Made by a program: the position numbers and the translations under genes | Notes under the pieces: generated by a model | What the model was told of the DNA's origin: nothing | The model's input: the letters and a program-made list of their open reading frames with translations, nothing else | The model's database searches: none | Assembly: GCA_016748015.1 (NCBI GenBank) | Contig: JAAOMT010000349.1 | Coordinates: 126,812-190,811, forward strand | Length of the DNA: 64,000 bases | Origin: Geosiphon pyriformis uo1 | Taxonomy: Eukaryota > Fungi > Glomeromycota | Direction of reading: 5' to 3' | Shown here: piece after piece, positions 1 through 11,305 of the stretch | Layout: each line of letters begins with the position of its first letter | How positions within the stretch are numbered: the first letter of the stretch is position 1

Positions 1-2388
1 TAGAAATGTTATTGATCCGATAAAATTTACTAGCCACATCTAGAATATGCTGAGTAGTAGTTTGACTGCTCTCAACCCAAATCATGTCATCAACAAAAGC
101 ACCGGCAACAAGAAAAGAAGAAAGACCAGTCCGAGATTCAGCATAACCATTTTTCAATATGTAATGAGACACTAATCTGTATCCACACACACTTTTTTGT
201 CTCTTGACTTCGCATAAAAGAAGATTATAAAAAATATGTCACAAAAGAGGGGAGAAAACTTTGCCCTAATCCAAACCATTATAGACATAGTAGCCACCAA
301 TCAAACCGAAATCAGTTATGACCCAATTGGTACAACCTTCATGAATACCCTTAAAGAAATGGATAAAACTGTCACACATTTTGATTCTAACTAGACTCTT
401 CTTAAGGTGCTCCCAACCAACAGAATCATATGTCTTCCTCATGTTTTGCAAAACTAATCAGAGCTCCCGGTTTTTTTTCAGAGCATCTTTGACTACCAAA
501 CCTATAGCAAAGATGAGAGACTGCATTGTAGTACCCTTGAGAATAAAAAAATTGTCCCCATAGAGAACGTCAAACTTGTTGCATACCAACAAGATCCTAT
601 CAGAGAGAATTTTGGAAAGAATTTTGCAAGCTGTCTCAATCAAGGTAATAGGGCAAGTATTTGTAAGGACTCTTTTCCATTCATGTGGTTTAGGAATCAT
701 TGAGACTCATACCTCCTTCCAAGCACTAGACACTGATTCACTTGAGAGACAGGAATTAATAAGCACTAAGAGCATATCGAGAACAGATTTGTCACAATTT
801 TTCCACAGTTCATTAGAGATGCCCAAGAGTCCAGCGGCTTTACCATCAAACAGGTCTGAAAACACACTAAACAAATCATTGAAGCTTATACAGCCCATAG
901 TGTCAGCAAAAGCGTTATCAAAAACATATTCCAATGGTTGATATTGACATGATCATTTATTATTAACATCCAGAACTACACCACATTTCTGTGTCCAACC
1001 CTCCATGATCTCATTCACCTTAGATTTAACATGATCAGGCTCCAAAATCATCTCATCCCCAACAACCAGGTGATCCAACACCATCTTGCGAAAAGGTCAT
1101 TCCAGAACACTTCTGATAGTATGGCCTTTGTTTGACTTGAAACTTTCTATCTTTTTATTAATAGCCAACCTGATCTGAAAATCCTCAGTGCATTTTGATT
1201 CCAACAATTTCGATGCATGATAGGATTTCCTGACTTTGAACAGAGCTGAATGGATGCTGTCAAAAGGAGACCCTAAGAAAAAGAGAGACCTCATCACATT
1301 TACATTAACAGAATCAAAAGAATCTCAGATATTGAGCAGTAAAACAAACTTATCATAATCAACCAAATGAGAAGCTTTAACCAATTCAGAAACCAGAAGC
1401 TCCAACCTATAGAATCTAGATGAATATTTGGTAAAAACTCCATCATATTTCTTAAACCATTTTTTTTTGAACACCTCATTAGCTAAAAAACACATTGTTC
1501 TACAAATAGCATTCCACATAGCATCTAAGTCCGAGCTTTCATTGGCTTCCAAGAAACCACCAGCAAACATGGCAGTATTTGCCACTGTAGCTTTCTTGAA
1601 CTTTGACCATAAAGTGGCATCAGCATTTTTAAAATTATACTTCCAGCGATTCCTATTGGCCTGCTTGTGAAGCAAACACAGACAAGTGTCTAACAATCCA
1701 CCCAAACTGACTAACACCAAGATAAACTGGTGGTCAGTATCAAAGAATCCACTAACATCCAAGACACTGCAATTCACTATAGCATTGACCAAATTGGGAG
1801 ACACAAACAGATAGTCAATTGTCTTTGCCACACCACGTGAATTACTCCACATTGAAGCTTTCAGAAACACACTGTTGACGAAAAAGTTAACCAGGCCTAA
1901 TGCACCACACTTCTTGAAGCTAGCACTCTTATGAGAACTATCTTCATTGAAGTCACCACCAAAAATTATGAAAGAAGATTCATTCATAGCACCAGCAATC
2001 AAAGCATTTATTTCATCAGCTTGTGAGAAATGCATTGATGCAGATGCACCAGCATACAGACCTAAAACGGAAACAGAAAGTTTGTTCTTGAAGAGCAGCT
2101 TGATAGCAAGAAGATGACCAGAAACTTCAGATGTTTGGCCAAAGCAACATCCATAATAATAGCTACACCAGAACTGAGATAACCTGAATCCAAGCCAGAA
2201 ACAAAAACACACACATCAGAAAACCTATTAGCAATCCAAGGGCAAACCTTACACCTCAACTTTGTCTCAGTAACTATAGAAATCACATTGTTCATATTTT
2301 TGTGCCAATAAATAATATCAGCTTGCTTAGCAGGATTGTTCATCTCTTTGACATTGCATGTTGCAATTTTCTACATGAAACTACTCAT
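1..2388 (-). pseudogene. LINE A ORF2 (APE endonuclease + reverse transcriptase), nonsense-disrupted, truncated by window edge
   Basis: ATG at 2388. ORF pieces 2062-2343, 1325-2212, 1097-1297, 707-934, 458-700 and 266-451 carry APE and RT motifs. Confidence 0.9.
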
Positions 2389-4249
2389 TGAGATAAAGAA
2401 GAAACCACAAAACCCGAGCCAGTACACATCTGATCTAACTTCTCCAAAACTGAACAAACCAAAGTCTTAAGAGCCATCAAATTTGACTTCAAACAGCCCA
2501 TTTTTGATTTCAAAATTTTTGAACTACTCGAATCTAATTCTGAAGTACCAGAGGAAACCAAAGAAGAGAGAAAAAGTGCTGGTTTAGGATCATCCAGAGC
2601 CATATTCAAATCAACTGCCACATTTGCCACAACTGGGACCACCAAATTCTGAGAAGAGAAGATAAGAGCTGGGGGTACCAAGACCAAATTTTCAAGTTTG
2701 CTCATAATACCAGACACTTTATTCACAAGAAGCTCCACAGAATGCTCCAAGGAAGCAAAACGAGCCTCCAAAGATGTATTAGCAGGGACCATATGAGGAG
2801 AGAGATTAATCACTTTTGAGGCACCAGAAGAGAAGGAGCCAAAACCAGAACCAAAACCAGAACCAAAACCAAAGTGAGTATCATTAGACAAGGGTGCAAG
2901 AAAAACTACTTGGGCCCATGATTTACCACCAAAAACAACCAGCCAAGAAATAGGCATGCCTTTTTTCGCATACAATTGGGCCAACTAGAGGCAGTTTTCA
3001 TCAAAGACAACTCTTTTAAAAGATTTGGAAGATTTGGAAGATTTGGAGGTAAAAGCAATCTTAGCATCACACTCCAAAGCAGAATGACCAAATTTTCCAT
3101 ACTGCCCATACTGAACCAGATTCAATCTAGCCCAAGAAAGCTTCACACCACCAAGAATTGGTTCCGTATGAAAAGCAGACTCCAGCATTTCATCAAACTC
3201 AAAGCCAACCACAGCACAGCATAATCTATTACCAGTCTTCAAGGAATGGTTAATTATGCAAGTTTTCTCACCAGCCCCATCCAATAGATCACCAAGATCA
3301 TGGGCAATTGTTCTCACAGGCAAAGTAAACAAAAGTGCTCTAAATCAATCTTTAGATGCCCAAGTATCACGATCTTTCACTACTATGGTAACACGGACAG
3401 AATCTTTACCAATCAGGAAGAATCACTTAGCAGCTAAAGACACAGCCTGTTCCAACTCAGTAAATTCTACCACAGTCTTTTGTCATAGGCCAATTAACTA
3501 AATTTTGATTGACTTAATTTCCCCAAACTCAGCTACTGCAGTGACAATCATTTTTTTAGGTGTGTCCATGGGAATTTTTTTAATCACCACAGCCTGATCT
3601 GAATGCACTCCTTGTCTCTTAAGATCAGTGTTTACAATAATGTTGTTATTTTTGGCCAATGAGGCAGCTTTTTCTATGCTTGCTCCAAAGGTAAAGGTAA
3701 ATTTGATGATCCTTTCAAATTTTGAGGGGGTAGTGGCCTCCCAAAACCATTGATTGTTGAAAACAGTTTTCTGATAACCTGAGTTTTGGCCATCACTGAT
3801 TTTCCCTCCACAGCAGATAGATTAATGTCCAAAGTGAACGATTTCTTCATAGCAACTTTTACTTGAAATTTAACAATTTTTGGGTCCACCCACATCTTTT
3901 CTAAAGAGAAAAACAAATGGGGAGAAAGAAAAACTTTCTCTTTATCATCCATGTCATAATTAATAGAGCCGATAGGGGAACCAATAGCCACACCAGTATT
4001 GAAATGCTTTATATTGGGCATATTCATTTGGGAGTCAGAAGCGGCTCTACTATCAGAGGCTTCTCCATCCGTATCTATGCTAGCAAATTGCTCATCCACA
4101 CAAACAGACTCACTATCCTTGAGATTCTTATTTGCACTTGAAAGTTTGATACTACTGAGAGACTTTTTGACTTTTTGAGTTGAATCTCCACCAACTGAAC
4201 CAGTGGTTAAGACTCTGGCAGACCTTCTCTTAGCACCAAAATTACTCAT
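2385..4249 (-). pseudogene. LINE A ORF1 (Gag-like nucleic-acid-binding protein, degenerate zinc knuckle), disrupted
   Basis: ORF-track pieces 3674-4435, 2985-3332 and 2385-2984 are colinear with ORF1 of the other LINE copies (KSFTLDINLSAVEGKS, NGFG, TLPVRTIAHDL, GKFGHSALEC). ATG at 4249, TGA at 2385-2387. Confidence 0.85.
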
Positions 4250-4720
4250 AGTGACAGTTGGTCCAACAAAAAAAGGGTTTGTTTCTTGTAAAATAGTGGA
4301 AGACAGTATGCAAAAACAGAAAAAACTTCTTTCAAAAATTTGACTCTTTTTTAAGAATTTGGAACAAAGGAAAGAAAGAAGTTTTTTTATTTTAGAAACA
4401 AACTTTGACAATAATAAGAAAAAAAAACTTGACAAAATTAATTATTATATTTCTAAAAAAATGGCCAAAAAAAAAATGAATATAATAGTATAATAAAAGA
4501 TATATTACAAAAAATATTTATTTAAATTAACATTTTATATATATAGTTTATAATTATTTGGCAATCCAAAAATTATCTATTGCTTTTAAATCTGTTTTTT
4601 CTACAGGTAAAAAAATGATTACAAATATAAAGTTTTACTTAGTGCTTAAAACTATAAAAGCAGTACAGTATCTTTAATTATAGATCCAAAAATCATTGAA
4701 AAAAAAATTAAATAATAATA

Positions 4721-4948
4721 TAGTATAATATAATATTTTTAATAGTTAAATTTGAACATATTTATGAACTTTGAACTAAACTTGAACCAGACTTGTTATA
4801 TGTGTTTGGATTTAATTTAAGTTCAGTAATTTTAAGTCTGGTTTAAGTTTAAATTCAAAATTTTGCCAAATCTTCTGTTTGAATTTAGTTTAATTTAATA
4901 GTTTAATTAAATTTGAACCAAACTAGATTGAATATTGAAATTCTACTA
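4721..4948. repeat. Palindromic MITE-like remnant with TTGAAC/GTTCAA subrepeats
   Basis: Inverted repeat 4771-4794 (ttgaactaaacttgaaccagactt) vs 4834-4858 (aagtctggtttaagtttaaattcaa). Imperfect terminal inverted repeats tagtataatataatatt / aatattgaaattctacta. No convincing TSD. Confidence 0.35.
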
Positions 4949-4956
4949 GGTAGAAA

Positions 4957-6000
4957 AATGTTATATTGTTAATTTAATTAAGAAAAAAACATTTTAATAG
5001 TATAATTAAAGATTAAGAGTTATTTAAGTATTTTTGACAATAATTTTACAAATAAATTGGCTGAAAATACCACAAGTTCTCTTTTGTTTTTTTCTGTTTA
5101 TGTTTTAAAATATTATTTGATGGCTAATGGGCTGGTAATGTCTAATAATATATGTTATTTTGTTTAAAATATATATAAAGTTGTTGTCTATATATATTAA
5201 GCAATTGGTTTTAGTGTAAATATTGTAAATAATTTTTTTGTTTGTAATATTAACTGAATTTAAACAGCTTTAATTTAGCACTTTGACTCTTATATATTGG
5301 CTGAATTTACAAGTAAATTTTTAGCTGATCTCAAAACATATATAATAAAAGCTGTCTGCAAAAAACTTTTGGTTATTATACATAAAAAATTATATGATAG
5401 TTTATATCTTGGTATTTTATGCTTATTCTATAAAAAGATAGAATTTTCTAATCATTCATTTACTTGTACAAAGAATGCTACTAGAAAAAAAAATTTATTT
5501 TTGGAACATATTAAATTTTAAAAGTTCTTTATAAGTAAAAATATCTTTGTTTTTTTTTTGTTTTATATTCTTTTTTCTTTTATATTTTGGATATTAGTTT
5601 GTATTCATTGTTTTGTAAAGATTTTGTGTTAAAAACTTGACTTAAAAATGTTTTAGTATTATATGATAATAAGAAAAAAATAATGTTTATTCTAATAAAG
5701 TTCTTTTATTAATTAGTTAAATGTTATTGTCAAGAAATTTGACTTATTAGGTCAAAATATAGATTAAATACAGAGCAAACTAGATTGGTAAATAATAATA
5801 ATATGATATCAATGATAATTAAAAGATTTTTTTGAGTTTGTTTAATAAAGTTATTTGTATGTTTGGTGTTGTTAAGACTTTGGTGGTAAGCTTTAATAAA
5901 TATTTGTTCTGTGCTTTTTTTTTAAGTATTAATAATAGTTCAGTTGTGTATATAAATATGTAATATTATTTAAATTGGCTCAAATAGCTAATATTACTTA
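4957..6000 (+). mobile_element. Old AT-eroded LINE 3' fragment (RNase H end, CCHC domain, ORF2 C-terminus)
   Basis: ORF 5297-5521 (AEFTSKFLADLKTYIIKAVCKKLLVIIHKKLYDSLYLGILCLFYKKIEFSNHSFTC) is a transition-eroded version of AGFTSKRTAGLHMYFMKALHCRLPVAIHKRLYDRSYLSVVCLYCGCVEISDHVFSC (7759-8061). Confidence 0.75.
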
Positions 6001-6061
6001 TAAAAATTAGGAATTATAATAGTAGATAAAATAACCAATCAAAAATAAGCATAATAAAAAG

Positions 6062-6190
6062 AAAAATTTTAGAATTTTTTTTGGAGTATTGTAAAATTCC
6101 AAAATTTCAAAATTTTTTTTGAGAAATTGCAGGATTCCAGAATTCTAGAATTCTAAAATTTTTATCAAAAAAATTGAAAAATTTTAAAAA
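6062..6190. repeat. Degenerate 8-bp palindromic repeat array (AATTCYRG-like)
   Basis: ggattccagaattctagaattctaaaatt at 6132-6160 and aaaattccaaaatttcaaaatt at 6093-6114. Confidence 0.4.
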
Positions 6191-6209
6191 ATTTTGTATA
6201 ATACAAATT

Positions 6210-6848
6210 ATGTATATATAATAAAAGATTAAAAGCAAAAAAAACAGATTTAAACAGAATAGTAACTAATAATAATTACTTATTACATACTCTTTTTTCA
6301 AAAAATAATTTTCTATAATTCGAAGTAGAATTACATCAATATTAATAAAATATCTAATTATTATCTAATCCATATTATTATTACTTAATTAAAAAAATAT
6401 TAATCTATTTTATCTTATTAATATTCTATGTTAATAAAATCTAATACTTAATTATATTAGACCAATAGCTTTTGATCATGACTATTAATAAAATATTAAT
6501 TTTTTATTTCATTTTTTTGTTTTGTTTTTTTATTGTTTATTAATTAATTAAAGAAGTTAAGTGTTAAGTATTTAATATCAAAAATAGTCTGATAAAAAAC
6601 TTAGAAACAAGGGTAGAAAACTTAAAGATAGTCTACCAGAAAGACATGACTGCTAAAATAAACTAGTTATCATGCTGAAAAAAAAATTCACAAAAGAAAC
6701 TATCAATTGGATTTTTGTTTATTATACAAAAAATTTAACTAAAATCTTTAAACTCTAAAACCTTTAGAAATTACCAATATTTTCAGCTATTAAATATTAA
6801 GTTACAGATTGTTATTTGTTTTAATACTCTAAATAATTATCTGTAATA
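6210..6848 (+). repeat. Solo/partial LTR of Gypsy family B (internally deleted)
   Basis: Reverse complement aligns with the LTRs at 35058-35942 and 52691-53525 (e.g. ttgtttattatacaaaaaatttaact vs aattaagttttttgtataataaacaa). Ends ...ataattatctgtaata (eroded GTAACA) at 6848. Left boundary approximate. Confidence 0.7.
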
Positions 6849-6959
6849 TTAGTTATATATAACAAATATATAAGTTGTATTTAGTTGGAGTTATTTAATT
6901 TAATTTTTTGTATTAGATAGTAACTAAACTGTATTTATTAAATAAAATAAAAAAATAAA

Positions 6960-7030
6960 AATAAATAAAGTTTAAGTATTATTTAACACAATATATTAAA
7001 TTAAGTAATATAAATTAAATATAAACAATA
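6960..7030 (-). repeat. Eroded LINE 3'UTR remnant
   Basis: aataaataaagtttaagtattatttaacacaatatatt...taaattaaatataaa matches the LINE 3'UTR at 23681-23745 after G->A/C->T conversion. Confidence 0.45.
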
Positions 7031-7290
7031 ATAGATATAAAATTATTATAAAACACAAAATATTTTTTTTTAAGATTGCTCTATACTTAAATTAAACCAA
7101 TTATATTTTATTATAATAAATTGTTTTTTAATTATTAATTATGGTTTTATATTATTAAATTTTTTTTTTCACGTTTATTGAGTGAAATCCAAACACTACT
7201 TAATACTATACATCAAATAATTGATCTAAATTAGGCGTGAATCATGCACTTTCTATACATGAATAGCCACTCAGGCCAATCAGAACAACA

Positions 7291-8273
7291 CTATATTCCT
7301 ATATGAATGGAAACCACATTTAAAGCACCAGAAACAAACAAACTAAATTTATGCAAACCAAACCTAATACCCAATACATCATCAATACCCAACAACCTGA
7401 CAACTCCAGCCAAATACAGAGAAAACAGACCAGAAATAGAAACTGGCATAGAACCGTCTTGAGGAATTAACCCATGTTTCTCCATAAAGACACGATGTCT
7501 GACATAAACCATCCAAATCTCATCTCTAAAAGCCAAGCAAAAATTATGAACAAAGTCCACAATTTTTGCACCAGCAAGTTTCAGATCACCAAAAACAGAA
7601 ACCACCTCAAAAAACCAATCATTAAAAACAAAGCCTTTGCACAGAGCAACATGAACTGAGATGTTAAAAATGCATAAAGAAAAAGTTCGCAGCACTTGAG
7701 AAGAAGAGCAATAAAGGCCAAAAATATCTTCCCATTTAACCGCAAAATCACCAAACAGCTAATCACAACTAGCAAAGTCAGAATCACAGGAAAAGACATG
7801 GTCCGAGATCTCTACACATCCACAATACAAACAAACCACACTAAGGTAACTCCTATCATAGAGGCGTTTGTGAATGGCCACAGGCAGTCTACAATGCAGA
7901 GCTTTCATGAAATACATGTGCAAACCAGCAGTCCGTTTACTAGTGAAGCCAGCAGCCATGTGTGAATCAGAATGCCAAACAGAAAAAAACCTGTGCCAAT
8001 CGATATTAGTGAGCAAGTCGCCAGTGACAACTCTGGTACCTGAACCAAAATCCCAATGCAAACAGTGAATGGATCAATAAATGTCATGCACAAAATACCT
8101 AGAATTACCCAAAACAGGACTACCACCAGCCAGGATAAACTGCTCATCCAGCTGGGAGGGAAGAACAAAATCAGAAAAAGCTGTATGGCCAGCCAGTTCA
8201 TCAGCCTGGTCATTACCTACAACACCAAAATGTCACTTAACCTTACACCAGCTAATATCCAACCTCTTAGCAC
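7291..8273 (-). pseudogene. LINE B ORF2 3' part: C-terminal RNase H and CCHC zinc finger
   Basis: KVK*HFGVVGNDQADELA, CLYCGCVEISDHVFSC; stop at 7291. Confidence 0.9.
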
Positions 8274-9258
8274 TGTTACTAGAGGTTTTTGGTCTCTTTT
8301 CTTGAATGTTTCTGATGTTGATTTGCTGTGAATTTACATTTTCAGGAAGTAGTTGAACCTCTAATAACTGAATTTATCTTCAAATTATCTCCTATAATTT
8401 GAACTGTTGGGCTTATAAGTGGAATAGTCAATTCCGTGCCAGTTACTTTGTATAATTACATTGTAGTAAATGTCAACTCTTTCCTAGGAATTGCTCATCT
8501 GGAAGCTCACTAAAAATGTGTAGTTACTTTGCTGTGAAAGTCAACTTTTCTACAGGAATCTCATCTGTAGGCTACCCTAATGATTGTAATAAGAAAAGAA
8601 AAGAAAAATAAAAGAAATGTAAAAGAAATAGAATTTTATCAAAGGAAACGTTTTTTTCTATCCAGGCCTGGAGTTACTAACAGTTTATTGAAATTGGTAG
8701 CTAATTAATTTCAAAACTGTTTAGTAGGAATTGGTTAATTTTAAAAAAAAAATAATTAAGGATTTGATTTTTCGAATTATTTGATATTTATTTTGTTTTT
8801 ATATGTAAAAGATGATTCTAATTATTAAATCTGAAGTAAAATACATTTTTTCGAAAAGAGAAGCTCTTCTTTTATATGACTTGTCGTAACACTATTCTAT
8901 GAACTCGAACTTTGCTATTTTTCTACAATTTTGCTAAACTAAAGATACATTTCGGTGAACTACAAGTTATTTCTGCAAACTATTAGATATTTCGATGAAC
9001 TATCAATTATTTCAGTAAATTTCTACAAATTTCGGCGAACTTTTTGAATGTTACATAGTTCGGAGTATTACATCATTGATCATTGCAATTAGGTTATATT
9101 TGTGTTATATACAAATTGGGTTATTAATTAAATAATAATTTCGGACATTTTGCTAATGTAATAAGTGATAATTTGAAATGATAATATATGTTAATTAATG
9201 ATGAGAATTATAAAGATAATTTCATGCTAAATAATATTTTTAATTTTGTCTGGTAACA
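8274..9258 (-). repeat. 3' LTR of Gypsy A1
   Basis: Direct repeat of 17022-18005 with TG...CA termini. Confidence 0.96.
8929..9040. promoter_or_regulatory. U3 tandem array of six TTC-N3-GAA dyads at 20-21 bp period
   Basis: ttcggtgaac, ttctgcaaac, ttcgatgaac, ttcagtaaat, ttcggcgaac at 8951, 8971, 8991, 9011, 9031, plus an eroded unit at 8930. The partner LTR has intact TTCGCTGAA and TTCTGTGAA. Regulatory role is inferred. Confidence 0.55.
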
Positions 9259-9946
9259 TAACCTTCTCCTCAAGACTGAGCTCTGTTAAAGTCCAAGTAC
9301 TGTCTGTAATTTCCAGATAATAATCCAAAATTATTGAAGAAATTTGGTCTGAAAATTGTTAAAATTTCAGTTCTGTGAGCTTTCCAATGTATTGAATCTT
9401 TAAAGGTTGTAAAATTGGGTTTTGTAAGATGTTTTCACAGATGTGGAATAAGTCATAAAGTCTAAGAGCAGCTTTTAGTTTATAGCGACTGTTTGTAAGT
9501 CCAGCTGTTGTTTTGAATTTGTTGTAAAGTTGTTTTTGAATAGCTTTTTTTGTAAGGTTTGCTGTTGTAAGCTCCCGTTTTTGTTCGTGAAGTGTTTTTC
9601 CAATGTAAAAATATCTATATATTGGAGTATAGTCATGGTTTTCTTCATTAAGACACAGTTGAAGTTTTTGTTGAATAGTAGTATTTAGTGGAATACTAAT
9701 AAAAGAAAACATTAAATTTTCTCTTAAAGCAAGCTTCAAGAGTTCTGGTAGATGAATTCTAGAATAACTTCTTGTGTTCTTTTTGTAGAGGTAATAATTT
9801 CGTGAATTTGGGGCTAAATTGGCAACTATTTCTGTTTGGGTATAATTAATATGTTTTCTTGTAATAGTGATAAATAATTCAGGTATTGTCTTTAAAGCTA
9901 GTATTAATTTTTGAGATATTTGTTGAATATTTTAAGGAATAGTCAT
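9227..9946 (-). pseudogene. Additional ORF3 of unknown function (~240 codons) between integrase and 3' LTR
   Basis: ATG at 9946 is in frame with ORF 9359-9739. Two internal TAA (likely CAA). Reads through the PPT to TAG at 9227 inside the LTR. Homologs in copies A2, A3 and family B. Confidence 0.75.
9262..9271 (-). promoter_or_regulatory. Polypurine tract GAGGAGAAGG
   Basis: Purine run 3 nt before the 3' LTR TG on the minus strand. Confidence 0.85.
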
Positions 9947-9978
9947 TATAAAAATTTGAGTGAGAAAATAGATTGAAA

Positions 9979-11305
9979 TTATTTTTGTCTTTCAGTGTGT
10001 TTTGTTTTGTTTTGTTTTTGTGAAATTAATGGTTTAGGATTGTTTCTGAAATGATAGTGTTTTAAACGATCTCTATGTACAACTTTTGCTAGGATTTTGT
10101 CATCAAGTCTTAACTTGCATGATCCATTGCCTAGTATTTTATGAATAAAGAATGGTCCATCCCATTTATTTTCAAATTTTCCACTCCATTGTTTTTCAGC
10201 TTTAGTTTTGTGTAGAAAAACTTTGTTTCCAACTTTAAAATCATTGGTAACTGGAGACAATTTGTTGTTGTGCCATTCTTTTTGTTGAGTTTGGGAGTGT
10301 TTAATATGGGTGGCTGCTATTCATTATTTTTTTTCCAATGTGCTGAGAAGTATGTAGGCTCTTCGTTGAAGTGTTTCCTGAAAATTGTTTTCATCAATTG
10401 GTTGTGCTGGGTATGTTTCTATTGTGAAATTAATTGGTAACATTGCTGTCTTTCCATAAATTAAATCAAATAGTGTGTTTTTTGTGGTATCTTGTTTTAG
10501 TGTTCTATATGCTAGTAACACTGATGGAATAAAGATATCCCACTCTTGCTCAAAATTGGTTGAGACTTTGGCTAATGACTCACACAATGTTCTGTTAAAA
10601 TGTTCCACAAGTCCATTTGTTTGTGGATGGTAGGGCAAAAACAGAGGCTTTTTGACATTGAATCATTCACAAATTTTTTGTATCAGGTTGTTCACAAAGT
10701 GTGTTTCCTGATTGGATAAAAGTTCAATTGAACATCCATGTCTACAAATGATGCTTTGTAGATAAAATTTGCTACTGATTTCACATCTGCTCATTGAATG
10801 GCTCTGACTTTGGGCCATTTAGTAAGATAGTCTACAGCTACTGCAATATAATGGTTTCCTTGAGTGGTGATAGATAGTGATTCAACTAAATCAATACCAA
10901 CTCGGTTGAAGAGTTGTCCAACTTTGATTGGATTTAATGATTCAGTAGGGCATGTTTCTTTTCTTCTTTGACAACTATCACAAGATTCGACATATTCATA
11001 AATGTCTTTTCTTATTTAGGGCCAAAAGTAGTATTCTAATGTTCTTTGGGTGGTGCTGTCTTTTCCGAAGTGTGCTGATGAAGGATCTGAGTGCATGTTG
11101 TATAATATAGTTTTTTTTTCTGTTCTTGTATTAATCTGAGTGGTTTGTCAGGGCTTTTGAAATTTCAATGATAAATAATGTTGTTGTGTAAAAAATATTG
11201 TTTGGCTTGTTGTTGTAGTTGATGTTTTTCATCTGGAGACCAATCTGTTGGGATTGTTAGTGTTTCCAAATATTGTTTGAGATTGTTGTAGTTTTCTGAG
11301 TTCAT
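9979..11305 (-). pseudogene. int: Integrase, separate ORF with own ATG (11305); frameshifted and nonsense-disrupted
   Basis: HHCC (HSDPSSAH...CDSC), RVGIDL, YHPQTNGLVEHFN, C-terminal KWDGPF...HRDRLKHY. No chromodomain. Confidence 0.9.

Larger units (their letters stand above)
1..4440 (-). mobile_element. LINE (non-LTR retrotransposon) copy A, 5' portion; 3' part runs off window start
   Basis: 5'UTR ~4440-4250, ORF1 4249-2385, then ORF2 from 2388 with APE motifs (KIATCNV, ETKL, GGDFNE, KTIDY, DTDH) and RT motifs (IPKPHEW, PITLIE, KTYDSVGW, GAFVDD near 85-105). Homologous to the copies at 7161-23649 and 24845-31607. Confidence 0.93.

Noticed and set aside
2838-3047. 12-bp (GSGF) and 9-bp (SKS) tandem repeats in LINE A ORF1
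   Set aside because: Copy-specific in-frame slippage in low-complexity linkers.
8929-9040. CRISPR-like array (also 60781-60900)
   Set aside because: Units are 10-20 bp, lie inside LTRs, lack proper spacers, and no cas genes are present.
9227-9946. ORF3 as an envelope gene
   Set aside because: Too short, with no signal peptide, furin site or transmembrane anchor visible.
9979-10100. Chromodomain at integrase C-terminus
   Set aside because: The ORF ends shortly after the GPF/RLKHY module.
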